The translations under genes were made by a program, and so were the position numbers. Of a stretch of DNA of 50,201 nt, positions 9,254 through 19,009 are shown in pieces. The first letter of the stretch is position 1, and each line of letters begins with the position of its first letter. Origin of the DNA: a virus (taxonomy: Duplodnaviria; Caudoviricetes); IMG/VR virus record IMGVR_UViG_3300012167_000014, positions 1 through 50,201 of that record. One strand, written 5' to 3'. The notes beneath the pieces are model-generated. The model was given only the letters and a program-made list of their open reading frames with translations, ran no database searches and was not told the DNA's origin.

Positions 9254-10213
9254 ATGGCACTTGGTAAGGACGCAAGGGCGAAATCGGATGAGATGGCCCT
9301 CCAGGGGAGAGCCAGAGATATTCCTGATTACTCTGATTACTCTTCTCGTTTCAGGGGATATGGGAATGACGCAGCAGCCACGTGGGGAGAAGCCCAGGGT
9401 TGGGGTCTGGGTGAGATGCGTGGGATGTACGACGAGCTTAGCTCAGGGGGAGGTGGTGGAGGAGGAATCCCGGGTTATGGTGGTCAGTACGACCAGTACA
9501 AGAAGTGGTATGACACCGTAGGCGAACTCGGTGGTGCTAACGCAGAGCAGGTTGATGCTATGCGTGGGTACGGTCAGTTCAAGAACTTTGCCAATACCGG
9601 AGGCTGGTCGGACGCTGACAAGAACGACTTCCGAGCTCGTGCTGATAGTGGTACTCCTCAGCTCTTTGAGGGCATCCGTAATGAGATGACCCGAAGGGGG
9701 ACTGTCCAAGGGGGTTACGGTGTTGGTGGTGGTACAGCACTGGAATCCATGGCTCGGCAGCAGGCTGAGCAGATGCGTCAGTCTCGGCTTGGAGCTGAGG
9801 GACATATCGCTGACAGCGTAAGAGAAGGACAGAAGTGGGGAGCCTCCTCTGGTTCAGAAGCGGAACAGAAGGTGTTCCAGAACATGCTCACTGGTCAGCA
9901 AGGTGGGATGGGGATTGCTGAAAGGATTGCAGCTGAGAACAGAGCTGCCGCCTCCTCTCGTGCATCTTCTGGAAGACAGAACATGCAGGATCGTATGGGC
10001 ATGATTGACGCCTATACGGGTCTTGCAAGACAGACGGGTGGACAGGTCGCATACGGTGAGCAGGAGCTTGCCGGATATGGTGGACGTACAAGTGCTGACC
10101 TGGGTTATCAGCAGGCGTATCAGCAGGGGAATCAGAAGGGTGCTGGTGTTCCTTGGGGTGCGATTGCTGGAGCCGTCGGGACAATTGGTGGAGGAGTCGC
10201 TATCGCAATGTAA
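9254..10213 (+). CDS. Putative ejection/DNA pilot (internal virion) protein
   Basis: Gly/Ala/Gln-rich helical protein with hydrophobic C-terminal WGAIAGAVGTIGGGVAIAM. Confidence 0.6.
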   Translation: MALGKDARAKSDEMALQGRARDIPDYSDYSSRFRGYGNDAAATWGEAQGWGLGEMRGMYDELSSGGGGGGGIPGYGGQYDQYKKWYDTVGELGGANAEQVDAMRGYGQFKNFANTGGWSDADKNDFRARADSGTPQLFEGIRNEMTRRGTVQGGYGVGGGTALESMARQQAEQMRQSRLGAEGHIADSVREGQKWGASSGSEAEQKVFQNMLTGQQGGMGIAERIAAENRAAASSRASSGRQNMQDRMGMIDAYTGLARQTGGQVAYGEQELAGYGGRTSADLGYQQAYQQGNQKGAGVPWGAIAGAVGTIGGGVAIAM

Positions 10214-11010
10214 TGCTGTACGACAAAATTCAAAGGAGCGTCGACCTAGTTCATTACTCCATGAGTAGAGGGAGTAGTCCCATCGTTATGTCTAGCTTCG
10301 GAAAAGACTCACTTGTCATGCTGGACATAATCGAACGTTGTGGATACAAACTTCCTATTCTCTTCTTGAAGGAACCCTTCCTTCCGAAGAAGTATGAGTT
10401 TGCCAATGAGGTTATCCTGAAGAAGGATTACACGGTCTATGACTATCCTCCTACGTACATGGCGATAGTCAAGAGTAAGACTGGATTCGGGATTGGAGGT
10501 GTCTATCAGTGTGGTCCTAAGGTTACTGACACGATCTTTAGGGCTCTAGAGATAGTACAACCTAAGGAAGGTGAACCATTTCTATGTGGGTTGAAGGATC
10601 TCTACGAGAAGCCTACAGGTGGTATCAATTTCATATGGGATCTTATCTTCATTGGTCACAAGAGTTCGGATGTTGACCCAGTGTATGGGCATATTCCACT
10701 TAAGCAGGACTTCGTGGAATCTAGTCCTCTTGTCTCTCTTCCTCTTGCTGACTTTACAGATGAGGATATCTGGAAGTATACAGAAGAGTTCGAACTTCCA
10801 GTAAACCGTAAACGCTATGATCCTGAGACGAACAAGAATCGAGAGGACATAACGTATAACCCTGACTACTATTATGCTTGTACAGCATGTATAGATAAAG
10901 ATAGGGAGCCTCAGGTTTTTTGTCCTCTAGTGAATAAGGAAATCAAGAACGTTTCCTCCAAAGTACTCTATCTGGATCATAAGCTGCCAGCTTACGTGGG
11001 AGAAAAGTGA
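10213..11010 (+). CDS. PAPS-reductase-like (adenine nucleotide alpha-hydrolase, PP-loop) protein
   Basis: SSFGKDSLVML PP-loop, PLADFTDEDIWKY, C-terminal CTAC..CP; TAATG-coupled start at 10213. Confidence 0.75.
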   Translation: MLYDKIQRSVDLVHYSMSRGSSPIVMSSFGKDSLVMLDIIERCGYKLPILFLKEPFLPKKYEFANEVILKKDYTVYDYPPTYMAIVKSKTGFGIGGVYQCGPKVTDTIFRALEIVQPKEGEPFLCGLKDLYEKPTGGINFIWDLIFIGHKSSDVDPVYGHIPLKQDFVESSPLVSLPLADFTDEDIWKYTEEFELPVNRKRYDPETNKNREDITYNPDYYYACTACIDKDREPQVFCPLVNKEIKNVSSKVLYLDHKLPAYVGEK

Positions 11011-12344
11011 TGGGCATGGACATAATGCAGTCGATGCTTCTCGAGCAGGAAATGAGGAAGAAGAAGGCCCTTGAGGATGCCGCTAAGGCTGCGGCTTCTA
11101 CAGGTGGATTCGATCCTCCTCCTCCTACTCCAGATTACAACGATGATCCTGGTTTCCTCGATGATCCTGACAATGCTCAGCCTCAAGATTGGCAGAATTC
11201 TCCAGATGAAACTGGGAATGAAGTAGATGACGTAGATACTCCTCGAGATGATGAGAACCTCTTCACTCAGGTTCATGCTCAGGATACTCTACGTGACCCT
11301 GCATCCCGTCGTAATCAGGAGTATGAAGAAGATCCTATCAATCCTCTGAGTAATGAGGAGAGAGATGTTCCTCTTAGGAATTTCCTTGATCCTGAGACGA
11401 ATATTACATCTGAAGTTGAGGAAGGAACACAACCTGGGCTAAACCTACAGGAAGATCCTCCTCCTCCTCAGATGGCCGTTGAAGGAACACAACCTACCAA
11501 GTCTCGTCAGGAAGCGTTCTTCGATGAACAGGATGAGTGGAGGGGAAGGAGACCAGATAGGAACAATCCCGAGTATAAGGCTAGCACAGGGAGGAAGATC
11601 CTTGCAGCCTTGGCTGGTGGTCTCGTCGGTCTTACAGATCCCAAGTCTGGGATGAACATGATTGGAGACGTTATCAACGCGAAGTACAACGCTGCTCATG
11701 GAGACTGGACGGAAGAAGGGAAGCATCTGGGAGATGTAGGCGAACTCCTCCAGAAGGGTGCAGAAACAAAAAGGAAGTATCGTGCAAACGATCTGACCTT
11801 TGAAGCTTCTATGGCAGGAATCAAGCAAAGGAGAGAAGCCGAAGACCTACGTCATGCTGATCGCTTCCGAGAGGATCTTACAGATCGAGAGAGACTCGAA
11901 GAAACGAATAGGCATAACCAGGAGCTTGAAGGGATCGCTGGAGAGGAGAATCGTATCAGTCAGCAGAACGCCAACACGCGTGGCAAGACCGCTGATGCGT
12001 ACGTCTCAAGAACAAACGAGCTCAATAAGAGAGGCCCAAAGCGTCCTGGTGTATCTGCACAGACAGATGCTTACCTGAACACTGCAGATGAGTTGTTCTT
12101 GGAGAATCCTGATATGGAGAGGTACTTCCATAGGGACCCAAAGAGTAAGCTCGTCATGGGCCTGAAGGCCAGCATCGGGGATGATCTGAGTCCAGAAGAA
12201 CTACTCAAGCTGCAGAACTTCATCGCAAAAGCCAAGAAGAAGGCAGAGTTGAGTTATGGTTTCGCTGATGTTGACGATGATCCTACTCCTCCTTTTTCTG
12301 ACTTCGAGCTTCCTCCTCCTAACAGGAAGCGGGCTGTTCAGTAA
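11007..12344 (+). CDS. Putative internal virion/ejection protein
   Basis: 445 aa; acidic Pro-rich N-terminal half, ILAALAGGLVGL hydrophobic segment, helical C-terminal half. Confidence 0.55.
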   Translation: MMGMDIMQSMLLEQEMRKKKALEDAAKAAASTGGFDPPPPTPDYNDDPGFLDDPDNAQPQDWQNSPDETGNEVDDVDTPRDDENLFTQVHAQDTLRDPASRRNQEYEEDPINPLSNEERDVPLRNFLDPETNITSEVEEGTQPGLNLQEDPPPPQMAVEGTQPTKSRQEAFFDEQDEWRGRRPDRNNPEYKASTGRKILAALAGGLVGLTDPKSGMNMIGDVINAKYNAAHGDWTEEGKHLGDVGELLQKGAETKRKYRANDLTFEASMAGIKQRREAEDLRHADRFREDLTDRERLEETNRHNQELEGIAGEENRISQQNANTRGKTADAYVSRTNELNKRGPKRPGVSAQTDAYLNTADELFLENPDMERYFHRDPKSKLVMGLKASIGDDLSPEELLKLQNFIAKAKKKAELSYGFADVDDDPTPPFSDFELPPPNRKRAVQ

Positions 12345-15300
12345 TGGCTCCTTTTAACTGGAGGTTACATCACCCGATCATCGACTATGAGACGGGTCAT
12401 ACGTACTGGTGGGATCAGAACTTCGTTCCGAATGAGAAGGAACGAAACTCCTTTATCCAACAGGAAAGGGAAAAACGTAAGGAGAACGTTGGGCCTCTAG
12501 ATGTCGCTAGTGAGATAGCTTTCAAGCCTATCGAGCCAATCAAGCAAGCTGCTGAGTGGTATAGTGAGGCTAGGAAGAATCCTATCGTTCGAGCTGTTGG
12601 AACTGCAGCTGGAGTTCCTGAAGCTGTTGCTGGACTCTCTGAAGGGGCCTCACGGGTGGGGGCTGCTCTTGACCCTATGAGTCAGCAACCAGGAATGGAC
12701 GTAGGAGTCGATAGACTTAAGCGCTTCTTTGGGAATGAACCAGCTATTGTTGAGGGAACCAAGGAAGGAATTAAAGCATCTGGTAAGATCCTTACACCCT
12801 TGGACGTAGCGTTGTTGGCTACAGGGATGGGAGGAGCTAATACCGCTGGCATCCTAGGTCGTACGATGAGAGGGATGACTACTGGTCTCTCTATTGCAGA
12901 CATGACAGCTGGAGGTGTACAGGTCGCGGCTGCTGAAACTCCTATGGAAACTGCGATGGGAGTTACCAGGATTGCTGGGGCTGGTGTCGGAATGAAGCAG
13001 CCCCATGTGGATCAACCTCCAGGTCTTAATCGAGGACCGTTTGACGTTAACGAACCACGATATGATTCTTCAGGGAGATACATAGGAGGTGCGTCCGCTG
13101 AAGCTAATCGTGCTAGATATACTCCACGTCCAGTTGAGCCCCTCCAAACTCAACCTGTCACACGCCAGATGGGAACTGTGGGAGAATATCAGGGTCTTCC
13201 TTCTAAGCCTCCTGAATCTCCTTTCGTGGATGAATCCATCGAGGAACAGATTCCGGGTGAGCTCTTTGATGAACCTGTGGAGGATCTCGACTCTACAGGG
13301 ATGCCCACGTTCTACCACTCTGGAGATTCCTTCCTAAAGAAACCAGGGAAGGACGCTGGTCTTCACGTCTATGAGAATCGTGTAACACCTAATCGGGAAC
13401 ACCAACCTACGGTTGTATTTGAACGTACGAAGCGCTTTAACTCTCCCGAGGTTACAGATCCAGGTAGTAGGTGGCGTCCTCTACTTATGCTTAGAGAGAA
13501 GAAGGTTATCTCTGACGCTGAGTGGATGATGGTTCAGAAGAAGATTAGAGAGGGTGAAGGACCTCCTGGATACGTTGCAGATCTCCCACAAGCTACTAAG
13601 AAAGCCAGACAAAAGTATGGGACTGATCCTTTCATCAGCCAATACGGACCTGACTATGCTCTTGAGATTCCCTGGGCTGCTCACTTGCTTAAGGAAAAGG
13701 GGATGGATCCTGCACTCTCATATAAGAACAGGTATGAGATTCCCGGTGGGATCGTAGCTGCTGAGGGTCAAACCTTAAGTCGCTCAAGAGCCCTTGCTGC
13801 TAAGAGACTAGGTAAGGAACCGTTTGAAATCAGAGATAATCAGATCACCCTCGATGAGTGGGAGCAGGCTGGAGGAGGAACGTCTCACTTCGTACTAGAT
13901 CCTGAGGTTCTTGGCAAGGGACGTCCTATGCTCAAGAAACCTGAGAGTGGAGGGATCATTGGTAGGAATCATATCACTGGGGAGAAGGCTACTGATCAGC
14001 TCCTAAAGGATATGATTGAGGGAAGACGCAATAAGCCGAGCACTCGGATTTCTTCTGAAGGAGAAATGCAGGAAGGTCTGGAGAGTCTTCCTGACTCCTG
14101 GAATCCTACGCTTCAAGTTGATGTCGAAGAGAATTATGATGTCGTTAACTATCAGGGTCAAACGGTTAAGACCTTTACTGATCCTGAGAAGGCTGCCACC
14201 TATGCTAACAACAAAGGATTCAATGTCCACAATTACAAGGGTGAGCATGTAGATTCTACTGGGAAGCCCTTTGTTAAGGCTAAGGGAGTCGATACAATAG
14301 TTGCCTTCGATACGAAAAACCCAAAGGAGTGGTGGAAGGATAAGGATAGTGGGTATGTAGTCTACAACAAAGACAATGAGGCTGTTACCTGGTATCCTGA
14401 AAGGCAGTCTGCTCAGGAACATGCGAGTACAATCGGTGGGGCTTTCTCTAAGCATTACAAAGGAGTAGCTGATATAGAAGCTCCTACTGAAAGTCTAGAG
14501 GATGTCTCTAATCCTTGGAAGAATCAGGATGATCGTCTAGGTCAACCTGACTATCATGACACTGAGGATATCTCAGGTGGGCCTACAAAGCTCCTTCAAG
14601 AGGATTTGGGGGAAGTCGGAAAACTCCCTTGGGAGGCTGACGAGGAGGGTTCAACAGGAGGTCAAGATTTTGAGCCTGCTCGAAAGTCCTTCTGGGAGAG
14701 GGATCGTCATGAGCAGATGCGGCTTATCAACGATGCACAGAATAAGCAGATCTGGAGAGAGAAGAGTGAAGCTGTAACTCACCTGGAGAATAAGGGAGCT
14801 GGGAGGAGTGTTGTAGTTGCAGCAGAGCGTATCGAGAACTTGATGAAAGAGTCCTTCAAGAGGATCAAGGAGCGTGCATCCATGCTCCTCAATGAACCTG
14901 AACTGTTGGATATGGATATCGACCTTAACTGGCGGCAGGGTAATGGAGCTTGGTATGCTGGAAAGCGTTCTCTCCAGGTAGCAGGAGATCGAGAGTATTC
15001 TCCTAAGTTTTATCCTAAAGATGCTAAGAGGTACGACAAGATCTTCATCAATCCAATTGAGCTTGCTGCAAAATATCATACCAACAAAGCCTTTGCTTCT
15101 TACATGCGTTACATTATCACGCATGAACCTGCGCATGCTCGAGCTCTTCATAAGTTTGGTCGTGAGCTAGAGATGCCTGGGGGAAAACTTGCTGAGATTC
15201 CAGAGGAGTGGAGAACCCGGCAAGCTGTAAATCAGCAGAAGCGTGCTGGCGTAGGTGAGCATGAAGCTAGGCTAGAGCTAGGTCAGAATATCCTGGAGCA

Positions 15301-17677
15301 TGATCCAGAGATACAGAAAGTCGCTGCACAAATTGAGAAGATGCTCCTCGAAAATCCGGATATTCACGCAAACTTAAAGTCTCAGGCAGCAATTGATGCG
15401 GCTAATCGCTCAGCCGCCTATGAACCAGGGGCTACAGGTGGGCAAGATATTCCTCCGGGAGGAAAAACCGAGGGAATTCCTGAGCCTGTTCAGAGCCGTT
15501 CAGAGGCCCCTGAAAAGGGAGGGTCCGAAGTAGAACCCGTCAAGCCCGGCGATCGCCCCGCTGAACGGCTATCTGAGCCTCTGAACGCCAACCTGGAAGG
15601 GTCGCCCGCCAGCAAGCCTGCTCCCATGCCGACCGTGGGAAAGCCGGCACTTGAGGCTATAACTCGACCCAAGAATTTCTCCGAATATCTTACTCAGAAG
15701 TTTGGTGATAGGTCAGCTACCAAGCGTGAAAGGATAAGCGCAAGGGCAGAGTGGCAGGCTATCAAGGAAGACAGACAGGTTGAAAGGCTAGCTGCTAAGG
15801 CTGGTATACCTCCTGAGAAAGTAAAGAGTATCCTAAAGGGCATTCCCAAGGAAGAGAGTGAAGTTAACAATCTTGGTCTCATTCGTCGTGCTAGTCAACC
15901 TGTCCTTGATAACTTCGGTAAGGTTCATCCTTGGCTCAAGGAAAGGTTCTCTCATTACGTAGAAGACGCTGAGCGTCCAGCCATGAAGCACATCGCTGAC
16001 TCCTACAAGATCCAGAAGGGGCTTAAGGGGAAACAGGAGAGAGAGGTCATTCGAGTCCTAGATGGAAGACAGAGTATCCTGGAAGTTAAGGATCTTGTAG
16101 TCAAGTCTGCCATCATGGATTATCGTAAGATGCTTGATCAAGTTTGGTCTGACGCAGTAGCTGTTAAGCTGGTCAAGGGTGGTGGCAAGCGGCAGAACTA
16201 CTTCCCTCATAAGTATGCTGAAGGGTGGGATGATAGCCTGCTGAGATTCCCTGACTTGGACAAGCAGTGGAACCTGCGTGATCCTCACCTAGAGAAGCAG
16301 AGACTCTCAACTCGTGCAGACTTTAGGAAGGACCTTGGAGTTCTCGATGAGTACTTCCTTAGTGCGTATCGACGTATCTCCGAGGTGCAAAACTTCGGTC
16401 GTAGACTGGAGATACTCCGGTCCTTCTTGAAGAAGTCACCTTTGAATAAGCCTACCTCTGACTGGTTGCATACGAACATACGTAGGGTCACAGGTAGGGA
16501 ACAACCTAAGACATTCGATATCGTTAGTGGACATGCAAGACATGTGCAAGCATTCACAGACCTAGGATTCGCTGCTTTCTACCAGCCTATGCAGGCTGTG
16601 AATACTGCCCTCTACGCTGGGTTTGGAAGGTCAGCTAAGGCTATTGCACGTGTCGCACGTAATTACCCTACGGAAGTATACGACGCTATACGCTCGGGGT
16701 CCTTGACACCCAATATTACACAAGAGGTAATACAGGGTGCGTACTCAGCTCAGGAAGGTATCAAGAGCCCAGCTCTGCAGAAGTTCATGTGGGGGATTCC
16801 GAAGGTTGATGAGTGGACCAGGGTCATCGCGAATACTAGTGGGAAGATCCTCGTAGAGGACGCCCTCAAGGGTAGTAAGGGAGCATTGAAGGATCTCAAG
16901 ATGTTAGGATTCGATACTCCTGTAAAAACACCTGAGTACATGGACAAGGTAGGGAAAGCCCTGTCTGATAAGGCTCTCTTTAGGACGGGAACCTTAGAGA
17001 TCCCAGGATGGGCATCCTCTGGAGCTGGTAAACTCGCTACTCAGTATACCAGGTTCATGTACCGCCACTCAATCTTTGTGACTGACATCTTCAAGCAAGC
17101 AGCTCACGGTAACGTACGTCCAGCTGCCCGCTTCCTTGCAGCTATGGGAACAGCAATACCTGCTATGGCAGAGATAATCTTTCCCATCAGAGAAGGTATC
17201 AGAGAAGAAGTAAAGCAGCTCTTCTCCGAAGATGACTGGGATCAGAAGAAGGTCTGGGAGGAAGCGATAGGAAACGAGAACTCGTGGGATGAGGAAGTAC
17301 AATGGGAACATGTACTTCGTAACAAGCGCATTCCCTGGTCTCATCCCCTTAAGCGTATGTTGCAGAACCTTTCCTTGTGGGGAGGCATCGGTATATTCCA
17401 GATGGCGATAGAGAAGGGTGCCACTGGTGGGTCGATCTTTGAACGGGGTGGGAAGGCGATAGCAGGCCCCGTAGTTACGAACGTCGCAGAAGCTATAGGT
17501 TCAGCTACAGGAGATGTGCAGAACATAGCAGAGGATGTGGATGAGGATGAGATACCAGGAAAGCGCACTGCGAAGTGGGCTACTCAACAAATCCCAATCG
17601 TAGGATTCCCGGCTGCTAAGAGAGCCTTTCCTCCAACTGGAGCTGCACCTAGTCGGCAAAGACGTAGGCGACGTTAA
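12344..17677 (+). CDS. Large internal virion/ejection polyvalent protein (ART-like and HExxH metallopeptidase-like domains)
   Basis: 1777 aa at the end of the virion operon; YHSG..GLHV..SYKNRYE..SHFVLDP segment; ITHEPAH motif at about 15116..15136. Confidence 0.7.
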   Translation: MAPFNWRLHHPIIDYETGHTYWWDQNFVPNEKERNSFIQQEREKRKENVGPLDVASEIAFKPIEPIKQAAEWYSEARKNPIVRAVGTAAGVPEAVAGLSEGASRVGAALDPMSQQPGMDVGVDRLKRFFGNEPAIVEGTKEGIKASGKILTPLDVALLATGMGGANTAGILGRTMRGMTTGLSIADMTAGGVQVAAAETPMETAMGVTRIAGAGVGMKQPHVDQPPGLNRGPFDVNEPRYDSSGRYIGGASAEANRARYTPRPVEPLQTQPVTRQMGTVGEYQGLPSKPPESPFVDESIEEQIPGELFDEPVEDLDSTGMPTFYHSGDSFLKKPGKDAGLHVYENRVTPNREHQPTVVFERTKRFNSPEVTDPGSRWRPLLMLREKKVISDAEWMMVQKKIREGEGPPGYVADLPQATKKARQKYGTDPFISQYGPDYALEIPWAAHLLKEKGMDPALSYKNRYEIPGGIVAAEGQTLSRSRALAAKRLGKEPFEIRDNQITLDEWEQAGGGTSHFVLDPEVLGKGRPMLKKPESGGIIGRNHITGEKATDQLLKDMIEGRRNKPSTRISSEGEMQEGLESLPDSWNPTLQVDVEENYDVVNYQGQTVKTFTDPEKAATYANNKGFNVHNYKGEHVDSTGKPFVKAKGVDTIVAFDTKNPKEWWKDKDSGYVVYNKDNEAVTWYPERQSAQEHASTIGGAFSKHYKGVADIEAPTESLEDVSNPWKNQDDRLGQPDYHDTEDISGGPTKLLQEDLGEVGKLPWEADEEGSTGGQDFEPARKSFWERDRHEQMRLINDAQNKQIWREKSEAVTHLENKGAGRSVVVAAERIENLMKESFKRIKERASMLLNEPELLDMDIDLNWRQGNGAWYAGKRSLQVAGDREYSPKFYPKDAKRYDKIFINPIELAAKYHTNKAFASYMRYIITHEPAHARALHKFGRELEMPGGKLAEIPEEWRTRQAVNQQKRAGVGEHEARLELGQNILEHDPEIQKVAAQIEKMLLENPDIHANLKSQAAIDAANRSAAYEPGATGGQDIPPGGKTEGIPEPVQSRSEAPEKGGSEVEPVKPGDRPAERLSEPLNANLEGSPASKPAPMPTVGKPALEAITRPKNFSEYLTQKFGDRSATKRERISARAEWQAIKEDRQVERLAAKAGIPPEKVKSILKGIPKEESEVNNLGLIRRASQPVLDNFGKVHPWLKERFSHYVEDAERPAMKHIADSYKIQKGLKGKQEREVIRVLDGRQSILEVKDLVVKSAIMDYRKMLDQVWSDAVAVKLVKGGGKRQNYFPHKYAEGWDDSLLRFPDLDKQWNLRDPHLEKQRLSTRADFRKDLGVLDEYFLSAYRRISEVQNFGRRLEILRSFLKKSPLNKPTSDWLHTNIRRVTGREQPKTFDIVSGHARHVQAFTDLGFAAFYQPMQAVNTALYAGFGRSAKAIARVARNYPTEVYDAIRSGSLTPNITQEVIQGAYSAQEGIKSPALQKFMWGIPKVDEWTRVIANTSGKILVEDALKGSKGALKDLKMLGFDTPVKTPEYMDKVGKALSDKALFRTGTLEIPGWASSGAGKLATQYTRFMYRHSIFVTDIFKQAAHGNVRPAARFLAAMGTAIPAMAEIIFPIREGIREEVKQLFSEDDWDQKKVWEEAIGNENSWDEEVQWEHVLRNKRIPWSHPLKRMLQNLSLWGGIGIFQMAIEKGATGGSIFERGGKAIAGPVVTNVAEAIGSATGDVQNIAEDVDEDEIPGKRTAKWATQQIPIVGFPAAKRAFPPTGAAPSRQRRRRR

Positions 17678-17679
17678 CC

Positions 17680-17696
17680 CGTTCAGGGAGTGAACA
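17680..17696. promoter_or_regulatory. 17-bp palindrome CGTTCAGGGAGTGAACA
   Basis: Intergenic; the spacer contains the GGGAG SD of ORF 17701. Confidence 0.7.
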
Positions 17697-17700
17697 GCAA

Positions 17701-18216
17701 ATGGCGATGGATATAATGGCAGGTAAAAAGCGTGGGGGATTCACGGGTGGGATGGGGGTTATGAGAGAACAAGTTATGCCCCCTCCTGCGCCCATGATGG
17801 GAGGGATGGCTAATGCCGTCTCTGGAGGTGGTTGGGGAACAATGGCAAAGCCTATGACTGCTATGAACGCAGTCGGGACTGCTAATCCAGCTCTGGGAGG
17901 GGGAGGAGTGGCACCCATGATGGGTGGAGGAGTCTCTAGTGTCATGGGCGGCGGAGGAGGTTTCGAATCCGCTCTACCTCCTTCAAACGAAGGGGATATG
18001 CGGGGTGTCATACGAGGTCTTCCGCCGGCAGGCCGACCCATGCCTCGTCCGCCAATGTCAGGACCCCCACAGCCAGAGGTGATGGACAGGGGGATGGTAA
18101 ATCAACCTCCTCCCCCGATCGCGACCAACCTCGCTCGTCCCATGCCACCTCCTCAGAACCTCGGGTCAGCTTACCGGAGGAACGCAGGTCGGGGTGGTCC
18201 GCAACGAATGTACTGA
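17701..18216 (+). CDS. Low-complexity Met/Gly/Pro-rich protein
   Basis: 171 aa, GGGAG SD, last gene of the + operon. Confidence 0.6.
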   Translation: MAMDIMAGKKRGGFTGGMGVMREQVMPPPAPMMGGMANAVSGGGWGTMAKPMTAMNAVGTANPALGGGGVAPMMGGGVSSVMGGGGGFESALPPSNEGDMRGVIRGLPPAGRPMPRPPMSGPPQPEVMDRGMVNQPPPPIATNLARPMPPPQNLGSAYRRNAGRGGPQRMY

Positions 18217-18369
18217 GGTAGAAGAAGTAGCAGTGGAAAAACCCAATAAGGGCTGCCAGGGTAATCCAGAGTAGGAACAATCCTACTGCTGAGATACCCT
18301 GGTAGCCGCTCTCTATTAGTCCTATTGAAATGAAGAATAGGCCATAATAGATGAGGATAGGATCGTTCT

Positions 18370-18729
18370 TCATCCCTTCGGTCCAAACGTGAACTTCGTT
18401 CCTACCCGTTTCACACTCTGTCTCACGACTCCCCCTCCTGATTTCAGGGTTACCTGATTCTGCATCTCCTCTCTCAGATTGTCCCGGAGATTGTCAATAT
18501 TCTCCAGACACCACTTGATGTAGTCAATAGGTAGATCATCGAGGAGGGTACCTTTGTGTTTTCCAAAGGGCATCCTCAGACCCTCCCTCTGGGGAGGAGG
18601 AGTATCCAGCGTAGGTACTTCCCCAGGACGGTCAATCACGTCCTGCCACTCATGCCCTCTAGCGTCGATGTATGTTACTCTCAAGGTAACAGCTTCTTGT
18701 CCACACTCAGGACAGATTATAGGAATCAT
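18370..18729 (-). CDS. DUF3820/QSregVF_b-like domain protein with N-terminal CPECG
   Basis: LRMPFGKHKGTLLDDLPIDYIKWCLEN motif; TAATG-coupled ATG at 18729. Confidence 0.7.
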   Translation of the reverse strand: MIPIICPECGQEAVTLRVTYIDARGHEWQDVIDRPGEVPTLDTPPPQREGLRMPFGKHKGTLLDDLPIDYIKWCLENIDNLRDNLREEMQNQVTLKSGGGVVRQSVKRVGTKFTFGPKG

Positions 18730-18815
18730 TAGTCTAACCCCAGCTTTTCTAGGGTCCAACATAGACCCACAAAGAAACAGAAGACCATGAGTAGAAAGAG
18801 AATAAGTAGGATCAT
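18729..18815 (-). CDS. 28-aa single-TM microprotein MILLILFLLMVFCFFVGLCWTLEKLGLD
   Basis: Read manually; ATGA overlap with the upstream microprotein and TAATG overlap with the downstream gene. Confidence 0.6.
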   Translation of the reverse strand: MILLILFLLMVFCFFVGLCWTLEKLGLD

Positions 18816-18898
18816 TTTCTGTTCTCCCAAATTCTAATGATGAGTAACATTCCCATGACGGTAATGACAACAAACATGAGTAAATCTTTCCAGCTCAT
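18812..18898 (-). CDS. 28-aa single-TM microprotein MSWKDLLMFVVITVMGMLLIIRIWENRK
   Basis: Read manually; GGGAG SD upstream; coupled to neighbours at both ends. Confidence 0.6.
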   Translation of the reverse strand: MSWKDLLMFVVITVMGMLLIIRIWENRK

Positions 18899-19009
18899 TT
18901 TAGCTCCCTGTATTCATAGAGTCCAGGCTCTATCTCTACGACAGTGTAGAACGACGCGTGACTAGTGACGTAGATGTATCGCTTACACCAACAGATGAGG
19001 GCATCACAC

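Noticed and set aside
9851-9867. Degenerate palindrome-like sequences GGTTCAGAAGCGGAACA, and GGTTCAGAACCTGGACC near 43575
   Set aside because: They have two or more deviations from the 12-position consensus, are compatible with chance, and were not counted.
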